DNA of 64,000 nucleotides from an uncultured Gemmatimonadales bacterium (GCA_963821525.1 CAWGED010000012.1:128001-192000); one strand, 5' to 3'; shown: positions 28,215-39,526, counted from the stretch's first letter. Notes: generated by a model not told the origin, from the sequence alone. A program made the numbers and translations.

Positions 28215-29335
28215 CTCGCGGGATCAGTTGCACCCTCAGTAGAAATCAGCAGGACCCGGGCTTCAGGCCCAACCTCAAGTGCCTCGCGCACCCGGCGCGT
28301 TTCGACTCCTTTCATCAACTCGAGCAGGCCTCCGGTGGATGCGGCGCCGGATTCCCCCGCGACGACACCGGACGCGGCCAGCAGGCGCATCGCCTCGCGT
28401 GCCCTCTCGTCTTCGATCGCCAGATAGGCATCGATCCCATCTTCCAGCGCGGTCCAGGCGGCGGTTGATGGAGTCCCGCAGTTGAGACCGGCCATGATGG
28501 ACGCATCGGCGCCGGCGTGGAGCATGACCGGCTTCCCCGCCTCGATCGAGTGAAGCGCACACGCCGCTCCAGTCGGTTCGACACCCACCAGGGTTGGGAA
28601 CGTTGCGCGTCCCTCAGCCCTGTAATGCGCAACCACCGCACTCGCCAGCGTGCCGACTCCGATCTGTACCAGCACCAGATCCGGTGGCGCGATTTGCTGC
28701 TCCGCGATCTGCCGCTCGATCTCCAGGAAAATCGTCTCGTAACCCTCTGCGACCCAGGACGGAACTTCCTCGAATCCCGGCCAGCCATGGTCGGAAACCA
28801 GGATTACCCCAGGGGCGACAGAGGAGGCCGCGCGCTCGACCGCATCGTCATACGTCCCTGCGACGATCGTCACTACCGCTCCCTCGGATTCGATTCCCTC
28901 GATGCGAGCCTGAGCGGTTCCCCGGGGGACAAATATTTCCGCCGCGTAGCCGAGCCATCGGGCAACCCGTGCGACGCCGCGCCCATGATTGCCATCGGTC
29001 ATCGTGATGAGTTTGAGCCGGCCGAGCGGCGCTAACCGCTCACGAAGCTGGTCGACGTTCGTCCAGGGTTCGAGCGCTGAGCCCAACAATCGCTCGAGGA
29101 TTCGCAGTGTTGCCCACGATGCTCCGAGGATCTTGTAGGCCGGAAGACCAAACCGATTCGACTCGTCCTTCAGGTGAACCGAGCGTACCCCTGCAGTGCG
29201 GGCCAGGTCATCCAGCTGCCGGAGCGGAGTGGGCTGGTAGCCGGGGAGTTTCTGGTGGATCACCCACGGTTCCGGGCTCGGGGCCGGGGTCCGAAGCCCT
29301 TGCCGCACTTGGGGATTGAGGATTGCGTGGGGCAT
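28184..29335 (-). CDS. Diaminopropionate ammonia-lyase family (PLP)
   Basis: YQPTPL, KDESNRFGLPAYKILGASWA, TDGNHGRGVA, IMAGLNCG, GESGAA, STEGATDP. Confidence 0.92.
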   Translation of the reverse strand: MPHAILNPQVRQGLRTPAPSPEPWVIHQKLPGYQPTPLRQLDDLARTAGVRSVHLKDESNRFGLPAYKILGASWATLRILERLLGSALEPWTNVDQLRERLAPLGRLKLITMTDGNHGRGVARVARWLGYAAEIFVPRGTAQARIEGIESEGAVVTIVAGTYDDAVERAASSVAPGVILVSDHGWPGFEEVPSWVAEGYETIFLEIERQIAEQQIAPPDLVLVQIGVGTLASAVVAHYRAEGRATFPTLVGVEPTGAACALHSIEAGKPVMLHAGADASIMAGLNCGTPSTAAWTALEDGIDAYLAIEDERAREAMRLLAASGVVAGESGAASTGGLLELMKGVETRRVREALEVGPEARVLLISTEGATDPASYRLIVGRSP

Positions 29336-29420
29336 CTCTCCTCTAGCAAACCGCCTAAATAGTGATCTATCGCACCGTCTAAAAAATAGACAAGCTATTG
29401 GTATATAACGAGTTAAGTTT

Positions 29421-29436
29421 CGGCCTGAGTGTTGCT
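29421..29436 (+). promoter_or_regulatory. Possible sigma-54 (-24/-12) promoter in an AT-rich divergent spacer
   Basis: CGGCCTGAGTGTTGCT has GG-N10-GC spacing, about 45 nt before ATG 29479. Confidence 0.35.
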
Positions 29437-29478
29437 TATATTGACACTCACAGCACTAACGCCCTGCGGAGAGCCGTC

Positions 29479-31405
29479 ATGTACCGTATCCGTTCGAGCT
29501 CAGGCGAAGAGGCGGTCTTCAAGACCCTCGAGGAGTTCAACGCGGCCGTTCGCAGCGGCATCATCGCTGCTGAAGACGAAATATTCCACTCGCGGGCCAA
29601 CAAGTGGCTCGACGTAAGGAGTCACCCTCACTACCGCTCCGCCCTCGGCTTGGGTGAGGAGAACGGGAACGGCCACGCTCCCCGTCTCACACCTCCGAGC
29701 AGTGCGAAACCTACCCTCAGTCCATTTGGTGTTCAGGCGGCACCGCCGTCCCTCTCGAAGCCGGCTCGCCAGCACTCGGGACAGCGGCCCGCGATCGGGA
29801 CTGCTCCCCGGCCCGATCTCGGGGATAGCCAGAAGCAACCTGCGCTGACGAGCTCGGGTGCTCGCCCCGCAGTGACCCAGGCGCGTCCCGCCCTGAACGG
29901 GCCGGCAACGGCACCGAAGCCGACGATCCCGTCGACCCCTGCGGCGGCTGCCACGAACTCGTCCATGGATGCCCAGCCGGTGGCGGCTCCGCAGAGCTCC
30001 CAGTCTCAGGCTGTCGCTCCTGCTGCGCCGGCAGAGCCGGCTCCTCCACCCAAGCCAAAGAAGAGCAAGGAACTGCTCTTCCTCGACGTGGAACTTCCCA
30101 AGCCCAAGCCAGCACCGAAGCCGGAACCAGCTCAGGATGAATTCCTCATCGCGGGCGATGGGATTGATAGCCCGATCCGCAATTCGAACGGGCATCGGAC
30201 CATGAACGACAGCGCGCCCGTCGAGGTCCTACCCCGCCCCGAACTAGCCCAGGAGAAGAAGGCTTCGGCCAAGCCCGCCGAGAACGGAGGGAACGTCTGG
30301 ACTCCGACTCTCGACCGCACTCCCTTCAGCAATATCGCGGTGCAGCCGAGTGTGCCAAAGCCGCGGGCCCACGTGGATCTCGAGGTGGAGGCACCGCGGG
30401 TCGAACCGGCCCAGCCTCCCGCCCCGATTCACCAGCGGCCGGAGAAGAGCAAGATGGGTTTCGTGGCGGGGGGCGTTGGCGCCCTGGCTTTGCTCGGCGT
30501 GGTCGCGTTCTGGAAGCCGTGGGCTTCGAATGGCTCGAAAACCGCCGTGACGACCGTAGCCACCGCTGCCGATCCCGCGACGACCGCTGGAAAACCGGCG
30601 AACGGCTCCCAGTTGGTTCAGACAGGAAGCGCGCAGAGCACGCCCAACGCCGGAAAACCGGGCGACGCAGCAGAATCCTGCGGCCGGGGCTGACAAGCCG
30701 ATTCCCGCTCCGGTTGACTCGGGGCAATCAGAACAGATCGTCGCGGCCGTGCGCCCCGATTTCCGCTCGGCGAAGCTCGACATGAGCGCTCCCAGCGTCG
30801 AAGTGGCCGCCATTACGAGCGGCGGATCGGGTGTCGCACCGAGTGAACTTACCCGCCGCTACGGTGCAGCCGCGACGGCAGTCCGCGAGGACCTCTACAG
30901 CAAGCTTATGGCGGCCGGCTTCATCCGGATCTTCTCCGCATCGCGCCTCTCCACGTCGGAGGGAATTACCGATGCGGCCTCGGCCTGGAGCGCCGGCTCG
31001 GAAGCCATCGCTCAGTACCGGACCCGGATTACGCGCATCGAGAAAGCCTACGACGACAGCGTCCTCGCCTCGCAGCGGTCGGGCAAGTGGCCGACCAACG
31101 AGATGCGCGCCTGGGCGGGACGGACCTCCTTCGTCGAGCCCACGGACCTGACGCAGGCATCCGACCTGATGTTCAAGCAGGTGAACGAGCTTCTCGCGTT
31201 GCTCGACAAGCAGCACGGGCAGTTCGAGGTCAAGGGAGGCGCCTTCGCCTTCAAGGACCTGAACGCCAAGCAGGAGTACAAGGCCAAGCGCATCTGGATT
31301 GCTCAGCGGATGGACTCCTGGTCAAGCACGCCGGAGAGCGCGAGGCCTCTGACCGTGACTCAAATCTTGAAGGCGCTGGGTGATGGGCTGCCCGGGGTCC
31401 AGTAG
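29479..31405 (+). CDS. Hypothetical bitopic membrane protein: small N-terminal domain, long Pro/Ala linker, TM, helical C-terminal domain; frameshift near 30670
   Basis: ORF 29398 (ATG 29479) ends shortly after the TM GVGALALLGVVAFW; the coding-like frame resumes and contains ORF 30749..31405. Confidence 0.72.
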
Positions 31406-31410
31406 AGAGG

Positions 31411-31516
31411 CACACAGCCGTCAGCCGTCAGCGATTCCAAAAACGATCGACCCTCCGAGTGCTTTCTGAGCATTCGGAGGGTCGACTGATTTTGGAGCAG
31501 CTTATGGCCTAAGGGC
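31411..31516. terminator. Long hairpin flanked by heptamer remnants at a convergent junction
   Basis: TCGACCCTCCGAGTGCT (31447-31463) pairs with AGCATTCGGAGGGTCGA (31469-31485), extended by TCCAAAA/TTTTGGA; CAGCCGT twice on the left. Confidence 0.65.
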
Positions 31517-31760
31517 TCACAACCCACATGCTCGCAACAGCGGGCCGAGGGTGCGGTCCGCTCCTCGAAGAACAAAATCCGCGGTAATCGGGGTTTGGCC
31601 ACGCGGGGTTACTTGAACCGTAAAACGTTCTGCCTTGAGCAGCGTCTCGATGAACAGTTTCGCTTTGCCCAGAAAATAGAACGCTTTATGGTCGGCGCTG
31701 AACTGCGAGTCCAGCCTGACTGACCTATCGTCCACTCGAGTCGACGCCGCCGGCGACATT
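31517..31760 (-). pseudogene. Probable C-terminal remnant resembling VasI/TagO-type proteins
   Basis: SADHKAFYF..KLFIETLLKAERFTVQVTPRGQTPITADFVLRGADRTLGPLLRACGL is protein-like, while upstream sequence is not; family call from recalled resemblance only. Confidence 0.4.
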
Positions 31761-31891
31761 CGCCCCGAACGGACCCCCAATTGTGCGAAAGGAATTGCGC
31801 GCCCGGGCATGCCGGTTGCCCTCTGTGAGAGTGTCTAACTGGGGTCCGTCTCCGCGTCCCCCGGTAACTCTCTGAGACATGAGGCGATGGC

Positions 31892-32482
31892 ATGCGGTCC
31901 CTCTACGCCCTCGGAATTGCATACACCGCGGTTTGCGGGGTGCTGGCGTATCGAGTCACTCGAGCGACGCCAGCTCCAACCCCCGCCCCCTCACCCGTGG
32001 CACCCGCCGGGCAACCGAGCGGGCCCGCCGGTTGGTTTCAGTCCATGAAGCCGTACTGCAATTCGGTCGAGGTAGAGACGATGATGCGACAGACGTCTCC
32101 GCCCGCGGGGATGCAGGGCGCTGGCTACGGAGCAGCGTGCTATGCGCTCGCCGGTCACATCGACCAGGCCCGGTCACTAATCACCGCCCTTCCCGCTGGT
32201 GAGCGAGGCCAGGCATCGGCGATCGTTTTCGACATCGGCCATCCAGTAGCCGACGCCGGCGACGACCGTTCCGCCGGGCCCATCATGGAGCTGGTACTCG
32301 AGTTCTGGCCTGAGAACTACATGGCGCTCTACCACGCCGGCATGTCGGAGTACGTGCTCGGCCAACCCGATCTCGCCGCGACTCATCTCCGCCGTTTCCT
32401 CGAGCTTTACACCAGCAATGATGGCTGGCGCTCGAATGCAATCGAAGTCCTGGGCCGCCTCGATAAGGCTCAGGGAAACTGA
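31892..32482 (+). CDS. Membrane-anchored/exported helical (TPR-like) hypothetical protein
   Basis: N-terminal TM, Pro linker, WPENYMALYHAGMSEYVLGQPDLAATHLRRFLELY TPR-like segment. Confidence 0.75.
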   Translation: MRSLYALGIAYTAVCGVLAYRVTRATPAPTPAPSPVAPAGQPSGPAGWFQSMKPYCNSVEVETMMRQTSPPAGMQGAGYGAACYALAGHIDQARSLITALPAGERGQASAIVFDIGHPVADAGDDRSAGPIMELVLEFWPENYMALYHAGMSEYVLGQPDLAATHLRRFLELYTSNDGWRSNAIEVLGRLDKAQGN

Positions 32483-32486
32483 GCTC

Positions 32487-34319
32487 ATGAGCTATCTCCA
32501 GTCCGGCAGTCTCCTGCTCGCGCGCTACGAGATCCTCGGAGAAATCGGGCGCGGCGGATACTCGGTCGTCTATCGCGCCCGAGACAATGAGCTTGGGGCC
32601 GAGGTCGCCATCAAGCTGCTGGTGCCTCCTCCAGCGATGGCTCGATTAGCCCGGGAGCGCATGCGTCGAGAGGTGCTCGCCGCGCGACGGCTCTCCCACA
32701 CCAACATCGTGGCGGTGCACGACTTCGCCGAAGAGGGCCAGTGGAGCTTCATGGTGATGGAGTACGTGGCGGGGCCGGATCTGGCGGTTCGGGTCAGAGA
32801 GCGGGGACCGCTGCCGCCTGATGACGTGGCGCGCCTGGGCCAGGAGATGTCGTCGGCGTTGTCCGCGGGGCACCACCATGGCGTGCTGCACCGCGATGTG
32901 AAGCCGCAGAACATCCTGCTCGATCCGGATGGTCGCGCCCGACTCACCGACTTCGGCTCGGCCCGGCTCGATGGACAGACCACAGTTACCGCCACGGGTG
33001 CCGCGGTCGGAACGCTCGACTACATGGCTCCCGAAGTCTTCAAGGGACAACGAGGCGATGCGCGTTCGGATCTCTACTCGCTGGGACTGACGCTGTATTT
33101 TGCCCTGACGGGACGGCTACCCCAGCGGGCATCTCCTCACCTCCCACCCTCCCCGGTGGCGGAAGGTTTCCGGCCGGGGCAAATTCGCCCCGAGGTTCCG
33201 GGTTGGCTGGACGCGACGGTGGCCCGGATGACCGCGGCGCGGCCGGCCGACCGGTTCCCTTCGTGTGATATCGCACTCCAGGCGCTGGCAGATCAAACGC
33301 CGGGGCCCAACTCACTGGCGATGCCGGACTGGGGCGAGGTGGACTTCTGCCTCATGTGCGGCGTGCGCGATCCGCTGGGACTCGGATTGTGTGCGGCATG
33401 TGCCTCCCTCGCGCCTGCCGGCGACGCGGTGCATGTGCTCCTCCACCCTCCTGTCTCGGAGACCGAGCGGGCGGACCGGCGCGAACGGATTCACCGGCTT
33501 CTTGGTCCCAAGGCGGGGCCTGAACTGGTGCAGGATGTAGTAGAAGGGCGGCGCGTATTGAGCCGAGTGCCGTGGAGCGGTTCGGACCGCGTGATCGAGC
33601 GGCTGGCGAGCCGAGGCATTCCCGCGCGAGTAGCGGGGCGGTGGGTGCCCCTTCCCGGCAGCCTCACGCTCGTGGCGGGTGGGATGGTGGCCTCGGGTTT
33701 CGCAGCCGGAGCGGCGGCGGCGGGCATCCTCATCTGGATGAGCCCCGTCTTGGCAGGCCTCCTCCTCCTGGACGCACAGCGCCGGATTCGCCGCCCTGCG
33801 CTGGTGCCGCCGGCCAATCGCTCGCCGCTCAGTCCCGAAGCGGGGAAGGTCCTGGGAGAGACGCTGGCACAGCTCCCCGAGGGGACGGCGCTCGAGCTGC
33901 TCGCGGAGATTGCGCGCAACGTACACGCGGTGAGAATTCGGCTGGCCGACGCCAACGTAGAGAGCGGCTTCGCCGAAGCGGAGGACCTGCTGTTGCACGC
34001 CTGTGCCGCGGCTCGTGACCTGGCCGATGTGGAGGCGCATCTTTCTGAACTGGAGAGCCGGCGGGAGCGGTTCAACGGGGGGCTCGAGCGTTGGGCCGAC
34101 AGCTTGAGTGACACCGAGCGGACCCGGGACAAGCTGGTCCAACGGATGCTCGACGCGCTTGCTCTGCTGGGACGGGTTCGAAGCCGCGCCCTCGAGGCCT
34201 CGGAATGGACCCATCAGGCCCTGGGTTCGACCGGGGCTGAACTCGACCTCGAGGTGAAGGCCTATGCCGAAGGTCTGCGGGAAGTCGCCGAATTGGTGAA
34301 GACAGACGACAGGCAGTGA
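32487..34319 (+). CDS. Hanks-type Ser/Thr protein kinase with CxxC-CxxC, TM hairpin and C-terminal coiled coil
   Basis: IGRGGYSVV, VAIK, HRDVKPQN, DFG, GTLDYMAPE, SDLYSLG; CLMC...CAAC. Confidence 0.93.
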   Translation: MSYLQSGSLLLARYEILGEIGRGGYSVVYRARDNELGAEVAIKLLVPPPAMARLARERMRREVLAARRLSHTNIVAVHDFAEEGQWSFMVMEYVAGPDLAVRVRERGPLPPDDVARLGQEMSSALSAGHHHGVLHRDVKPQNILLDPDGRARLTDFGSARLDGQTTVTATGAAVGTLDYMAPEVFKGQRGDARSDLYSLGLTLYFALTGRLPQRASPHLPPSPVAEGFRPGQIRPEVPGWLDATVARMTAARPADRFPSCDIALQALADQTPGPNSLAMPDWGEVDFCLMCGVRDPLGLGLCAACASLAPAGDAVHVLLHPPVSETERADRRERIHRLLGPKAGPELVQDVVEGRRVLSRVPWSGSDRVIERLASRGIPARVAGRWVPLPGSLTLVAGGMVASGFAAGAAAAGILIWMSPVLAGLLLLDAQRRIRRPALVPPANRSPLSPEAGKVLGETLAQLPEGTALELLAEIARNVHAVRIRLADANVESGFAEAEDLLLHACAAARDLADVEAHLSELESRRERFNGGLERWADSLSDTERTRDKLVQRMLDALALLGRVRSRALEASEWTHQALGSTGAELDLEVKAYAEGLREVAELVKTDDRQ

Positions 34320-35493
34320 CTCAGCGCCTCTACTACACCGACAGTTATCTGACCGAATTCACCGCCACCGTCCTGGAGCGGGGGGATGAGGGTCGGCGGG
34401 TGTATCTCGATCGCACCGCGTTCTATCCGACCTCGGGCGGCCAGCCCAATGATCTGGGATCGCTGGCTGGCAAGCGGGTGCTCGATGTCATCGACGAAGG
34501 AGAACGCGTCGCCCACCTGGTTGATGGGCCAGTCGAGGCAGAGAAGGTTCAGGGATCGATAGACTGGGCGCGCCGCTTCGACAACATGCAGCAGCACACC
34601 GGGCAGCACCTCCTCTCCGCCGTTCTCGCCGACGCCTTCGGATATCAGACCGTCTCGGTTCATTTCGGGTCCGACACCTCGAGCCTCGACCTCGATGTGG
34701 GGACAATGAGCTCGGAGCAGGTCAGAGAGGCGGAAGTACGGGCCAACGCCGTGGTGTTTGAGAACCGGCCGGTCACCTTTGCCTTTGAGGAGGCCGGCGC
34801 CGCTTCAGGGTTGCGCAAAGCCTCTGATCGGTCGGGCACCCTTCGGGTGATCACCATCGCCGATCTCGACCGGAGCGCCTGCGGGGGGACCCACGTCCGG
34901 GCGACCGGCGAGATCGGGAGCATCCTTATTAGAGGAGTCGAGCGGGTAAAGAAACAGGTTCGGCTGGAATTCCTTTGCGGCGAGCGGGCGGTGCGCCGGG
35001 CTCGAACCGATTACGAGACCCTGTCCCGCATGGCGGAATCGGCTTCCGCCGGAATCGGAGACCTGCCCGAACTATTCGCGAAGCAGCGAGCGGACCTGAA
35101 GCTGCTGGACAATTCCAGACGCGGCGCTCGAGGAAGAGCTGAACCAGTACCTGGCGCGTGATCTCTATCACGCGACCCCCGCTGCGACGAGTGGCCGGAG
35201 GCTGATCGTGTACAAGCTCACTAACCAGCCGATTGAAAAGCTCAGGGGATTGGCCCAGGCTGTCATCGCCCAGCCGCAAGCGATCTTCGTAGGAACTCAT
35301 CGATTCTCCCCCGACACTTCTCCTTGCCAGCTCGGCCGACAGCGGGGTAGACGCCGGCTCCATTCTCAAGCCGGTGCTCGAAGCCCACGGCGGCCGCGGC
35401 GGTGGCTCACCCCGCATCGGACAAGGAACCGTAGCTGACGGCGACGCTTTGCATCGCGCGGTGCAAGCGCTGGTGAGCAGCCTCACTTCTTAG
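34316..35493 (+). CDS. Alanyl-tRNA editing protein (AlaX-L type with DHHA1); frameshifts near 35125 and 35320
   Basis: RLYYTDSY, FYPTSGGQPND, MQQHTGQHLL, ACGGTH; C-terminal GGRGGGSPRIGQG in a shifted frame ending TAG 35491-35493. Confidence 0.9.
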
Positions 35494-35746
35494 TCTTCAC
35501 CTCACCCCGCTGATAACGACTCGTCATCCATCCGGCGAGATCGGTGCAATGGGACGCTGCTATCGTAGCGTCGCCCCACACCGAATCGCTACCGGATGTT
35601 CTGCCATCCCTTTTCAACCGGCCCTCCGCTCGGAAACGAGCACGCGGCGCCGTTCCGGAACCACCCCGAGTGGTAACGGACCGACACCGGGAAGCGCCAA
35701 TCCACCTTTTCTCGGGAGTACAATCAGTAAGAAAGTGAGTACGACC

Positions 35747-36623
35747 ATGTGTGCGAAATACGGATCCGTGAGCCGGACGCTCCTCCTGGGTGCCGCCGTC
35801 ATGGGATTCGTCACGGCGTGCCAACGGCAGTCCGGGTTGGATCACAAGCTCCAGGAAATGGCGGTCATCGCCCAGCGCGACAGCCTGCTCGACGAAGTTA
35901 CGGCCAACGGCAAACTCCTCGGTGAAATCCAGGATGAGCTGGCCAAGGTTCAACCCAAGCCCGCCACAGGGACGCCGGAGTCTCCCGCCCTTGAGGTTAC
36001 TACCGATCAGCGGACCTTCGTGATGGAACGAGTGAGAGAAGTCACCAAGCGGGTGAAGGACCTGCAGACCCGGTTGGCCAACAGCGAGAAGCGGGCGGGG
36101 CGGCTCTCCCGCCAGGCGGATAGCCTGGGCGCCGAATTCAGCGCCGCCAAGGCCACGATTGACGATCTGAATGCCACGGTGGCCACCCAGCGGGAGAACC
36201 TGACTGCGCTCACCGGTCAGATCGAGCAGCTGACCGGGGAGAACGAGATCCTGGCCGACAGCGTGCTTCGCTTGACCGATGACCACAACACCGCGTTCTA
36301 CGTCATCGGTACCCGGGCCGAACTTCTGGCCAAGGGTGTGCTGGTGGAAGACGGCCACAAGGATGTGCCGCTGTTCGGCACCCGCGGTGTCGCGCCAGCG
36401 CGGGAGCTGCCGTTGCAGGAGTTCACGTCGATCGACCGGACCAGCACCCGGCAGATTCCTCTGCCCCGGCCCGACCGGAAGTACCGGATCGTGACTCGAC
36501 AGAACCTGGCCTACCTGAATCCGGGTAGTCCAAAGAAGGGACAGTTGAAAGGAGAGATCGCGATCGCAGCGCCCGACAAGTTCTGGGAGGCGAGTCAGGT
36601 ATCTGATCGTGGTGGAGCAGTAG
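35747..36623 (+). CDS. Coiled-coil lipoprotein resembling Cbp1-like adhesins; probable frameshift in the last codons
   Basis: Lipobox VTAC, long coiled coil, TAFYVIGTRAELLAKGVL, FTSID, PDKFWEAS, then YLIVVEQ-stop in the next frame. Confidence 0.72.
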
Positions 36624-36624
36624 A

Positions 36625-36691
36625 GTTCGACGGTTCGACGGTTTGACGGTTCGTGGGCGAGCAATCCGCGAACCGTCGAACCGTCTTTCTT
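36625..36691. repeat. Inverted octamer tracts forming a terminator-like hairpin
   Basis: GTTCGACG GTTCGACG GTTTGACG GTTCG ... CGAACCGT CGAACCGT then TTTCTT. Confidence 0.75.
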
Positions 36692-36796
36692 GCCTTCCAG
36701 CCCAAGCCCTCCCCGCCAGCCGCAACCTAGCCCCAAATCCGCAGCCTTCATATACTTAGTGGTTAGGTCCGGCTTCATTTCCCGCACTCACGCGCC

Positions 36797-39308
36797 GTGG
36801 ACGAAGCACTCCAGCAGCTACAAACTGCCCTTGCCGATCGTTATCGCGTCGACCGAGAACTCGGCCGAGGCGGGATGGCGACTGTCTATCTAGCCGAGGA
36901 TATCAAGCACGGGCGCCAGATCGCCATCAAGGTTCTGAATCCCGAACTGGCGGCCAATTTGGGGGCCGAACGGTTCGACCGGGAAATCCGGATGGCGGCC
37001 CAACTGCAGCATCCCCACATCGTCAGTCTGTATGACTCGGGCTCCACTAACGGCTTTCTCTATTACGTCATGCCGTTCGTGCCGGGGGAATCCCTGCGCG
37101 ATCGACTCAATCGGGACAACCAGCTCCCGATCGATGACGCGCTTCAGATCACCCTCGAGGTCTGCGACGCCCTTTCCTACGCCCACAGCATGGGCATCGT
37201 CCACCGGGACATCAAGCCAGAGAACATCATGCTCTCCGGCGGCCACGCCCTGGTGGCTGACTTCGGCATCGCCCGCGCCGTGGCGTCCGCGGAAACCACC
37301 AAGCTCACTCAGACCGGCACGGCGATTGGGACCCCGCTGTACATGAGTCCGGAACAGGCGGTGGGGGACAATGTCGGGCCCACCAGCGACCTGTACAGCC
37401 TTGGCTGCGTGTTGTACGAGATGCTGATCGGTCAGCCGCCGTTCACCGGCCCCAACGCCCGAGCCATCATGGCGCGCCACGCGATGGAGATGGTGCCGAG
37501 TCTCCAAGTTGTGCGCGACACGGTGCCGGACGAGGTGGAAGACGCGATCCTCGCCGCCGCTAGCCAAGACTCCGGCGGATCGGCCCCAAACCGCGACGCA
37601 ACTCGCCGAGATGCTGGGAGTCCCCCTGCACGTCACCGCGGCGCGGCGGACTACCCGGGCCACAGCGACACGGCGCGCCGCCACCCCGCGCTCCACGGCT
37701 GCTTTCGTTCAATCGAATGTGGTCCTGCGGCGGTGGATTATCGGAGGAACTTTTGCGGCCTTTGTGCTCCTGGTGGGCGGAGGCATCGCGGCGTGGCGGA
37801 TCTGGGCCAAGCCGGGGGGACGCGCACCGCGAGTGTCGGCGGGTTGGATGCCAAGCGGATCGCCGTCCTTTACTTCGACGATCTGAGCAACGATCACTCA
37901 CTCGGCTACCTGGCGGACGGTCTCACCGAGAACCTGATCAGCGAACTGGGGACGGTCCGCAGCCTGGACGTCATTTCCCGTAATGGTGTAGAGCCCTTCC
38001 GTGGCTCCCAGGTCGCGCGGGACAGCATCGGCAAGGCTCTGAACGCCGGCACTCTAGTGGATGGAGAAGTCGAATCTGCAGGTGATCAGATTCGAGTGAC
38101 TGTCCGCTTGATCGACGGCAACAGCGGGGCGGATTTCGAACGCCGTTCGTTCCAGAGGCCGGCGACCGACCTCCTTGCCCTGCGCGACTCCGTCGACTTG
38201 GAGGTGGCCGAACTCATACGGAAGCAACTGGGTGAAGAGATCCGGGTCCGGGAACAGCGGCAGAGCACGAGTAATACTCAGGCGTGGGCCCTGGAACAAA
38301 GAGCCGAGCGATCACTCAAGCAGGAGAACCTGGATCAGGCGGACACGCTCGCTGCCGCGGCTCGTGAGCTGGACCCCAAATGGATCGCACCGATTCTGAT
38401 GCGGACCACGGTAGCATATCGCCACTCCAGGCAGGCTTCGGATGATGCCGCCGCCGCCGGCAAGTGGATCGATCAGGGCCTGCATTACGCGGACAGCGCC
38501 GCGGCGATTAACCCGGAAGACCCCGACCTGCTCGAGGTCCGGGGTAACCTGCGCTACTGGCGCTGGCTTCTGGGATTGGAGACCGACGCAACCGCGGCTT
38601 CCCAGCTGCTGAAGCAGGCGCAAACCGATCTCGAGACGGCGGTCAAGCTGCAGCCGAGCCAGGCGGGCGCCTGGGCGACGCTATCACACCTCTACAACCA
38701 GACCGGTAGTGGGGTAGACGTGAACCTGGCGGCACGTCGCGCCCTGGAAGAGGATGCCTATCTCAGCAACGCAAACGTGATTCTCTCCCGGCTGTTCTTC
38801 TCATCGTACGACCTCGGCCAGTTCACCGACGCCGTGCACTGGTGCGAAGAGGGAGAGCGGAGATTCCCGGGCGACCCGAAGTTCGTGGAATGCCAGCTCT
38901 GGCTCATGACTACGAAGGCAAAGGATCCGGACGTCGGGCTGGCCTGGAAACTCGCCGATTCGGTGACAGCCCTGAGCCGCTCCGGAAGACACGGCGTTTC
39001 AGAGGCATAACACGAGGCTGGTCGTTGCGGCAGTGCTGGCCCGCGCCGGCGGCCAAGCTGATAGCGCGCGTCACCTGGTGAGCCGTTACAAGGGAGACGC
39101 GGCCCTCGATCCGACCCGAGACCTCGCCTTCATCAGCTCCTTTGTCTATATCCTCCTCGGCGACAAGAACGACGCGCTGCAGCAGCTGAAGATCTACCTC
39201 GCTGCCAGCCCGGGCCGGCGCGCCGCGTTCGCGGATGACCCCGGATGGTGGTTCCGGGACCTCCAGAGCGACCCGCGGTTCCAGCAGGCGGTCAACTCGA
39301 AACCCTGA
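36797..39308 (+). CDS. Membrane Ser/Thr kinase with TolB-N-like and TPR-like C-terminal region; frameshifts near 37560, 37820 and 38985
   Basis: ELGRGGMATVYLAED, HRDIKPEN, DFG, GTPLYMSPE; TM lies in ORF 37509; IAVLYFDDLS..LADGLTENLI; tail in ORF 39033. Confidence 0.92.
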
Positions 39309-39526
39309 TTGCAGGGCGCGCACAGCATATCTGCGTCAACCTCGCCACAATCCGGATCGATTGTCGCCTGGCTCCCTCCAGATCTGGTTCCTTCCGAAGC
39401 GTCCCTTCGACATCTTGTCCCCCATGTAAGGTGTAGTTCCCTCGGCTTGCTCCTTGCGGGCCCCGGTCCGAAATTGCAATATCTCGTTCCCCACAATGCT
39501 GTTCCGCTCCGCACCCTAGAGGACGC

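Noticed and set aside
35540..35600. c-di-GMP-I riboswitch suggested by GGGACGC
   Set aside because: The GGCAAAC...GAAA...GGGACGCAAAGC arrangement is absent; kept only as an unassigned structured leader.
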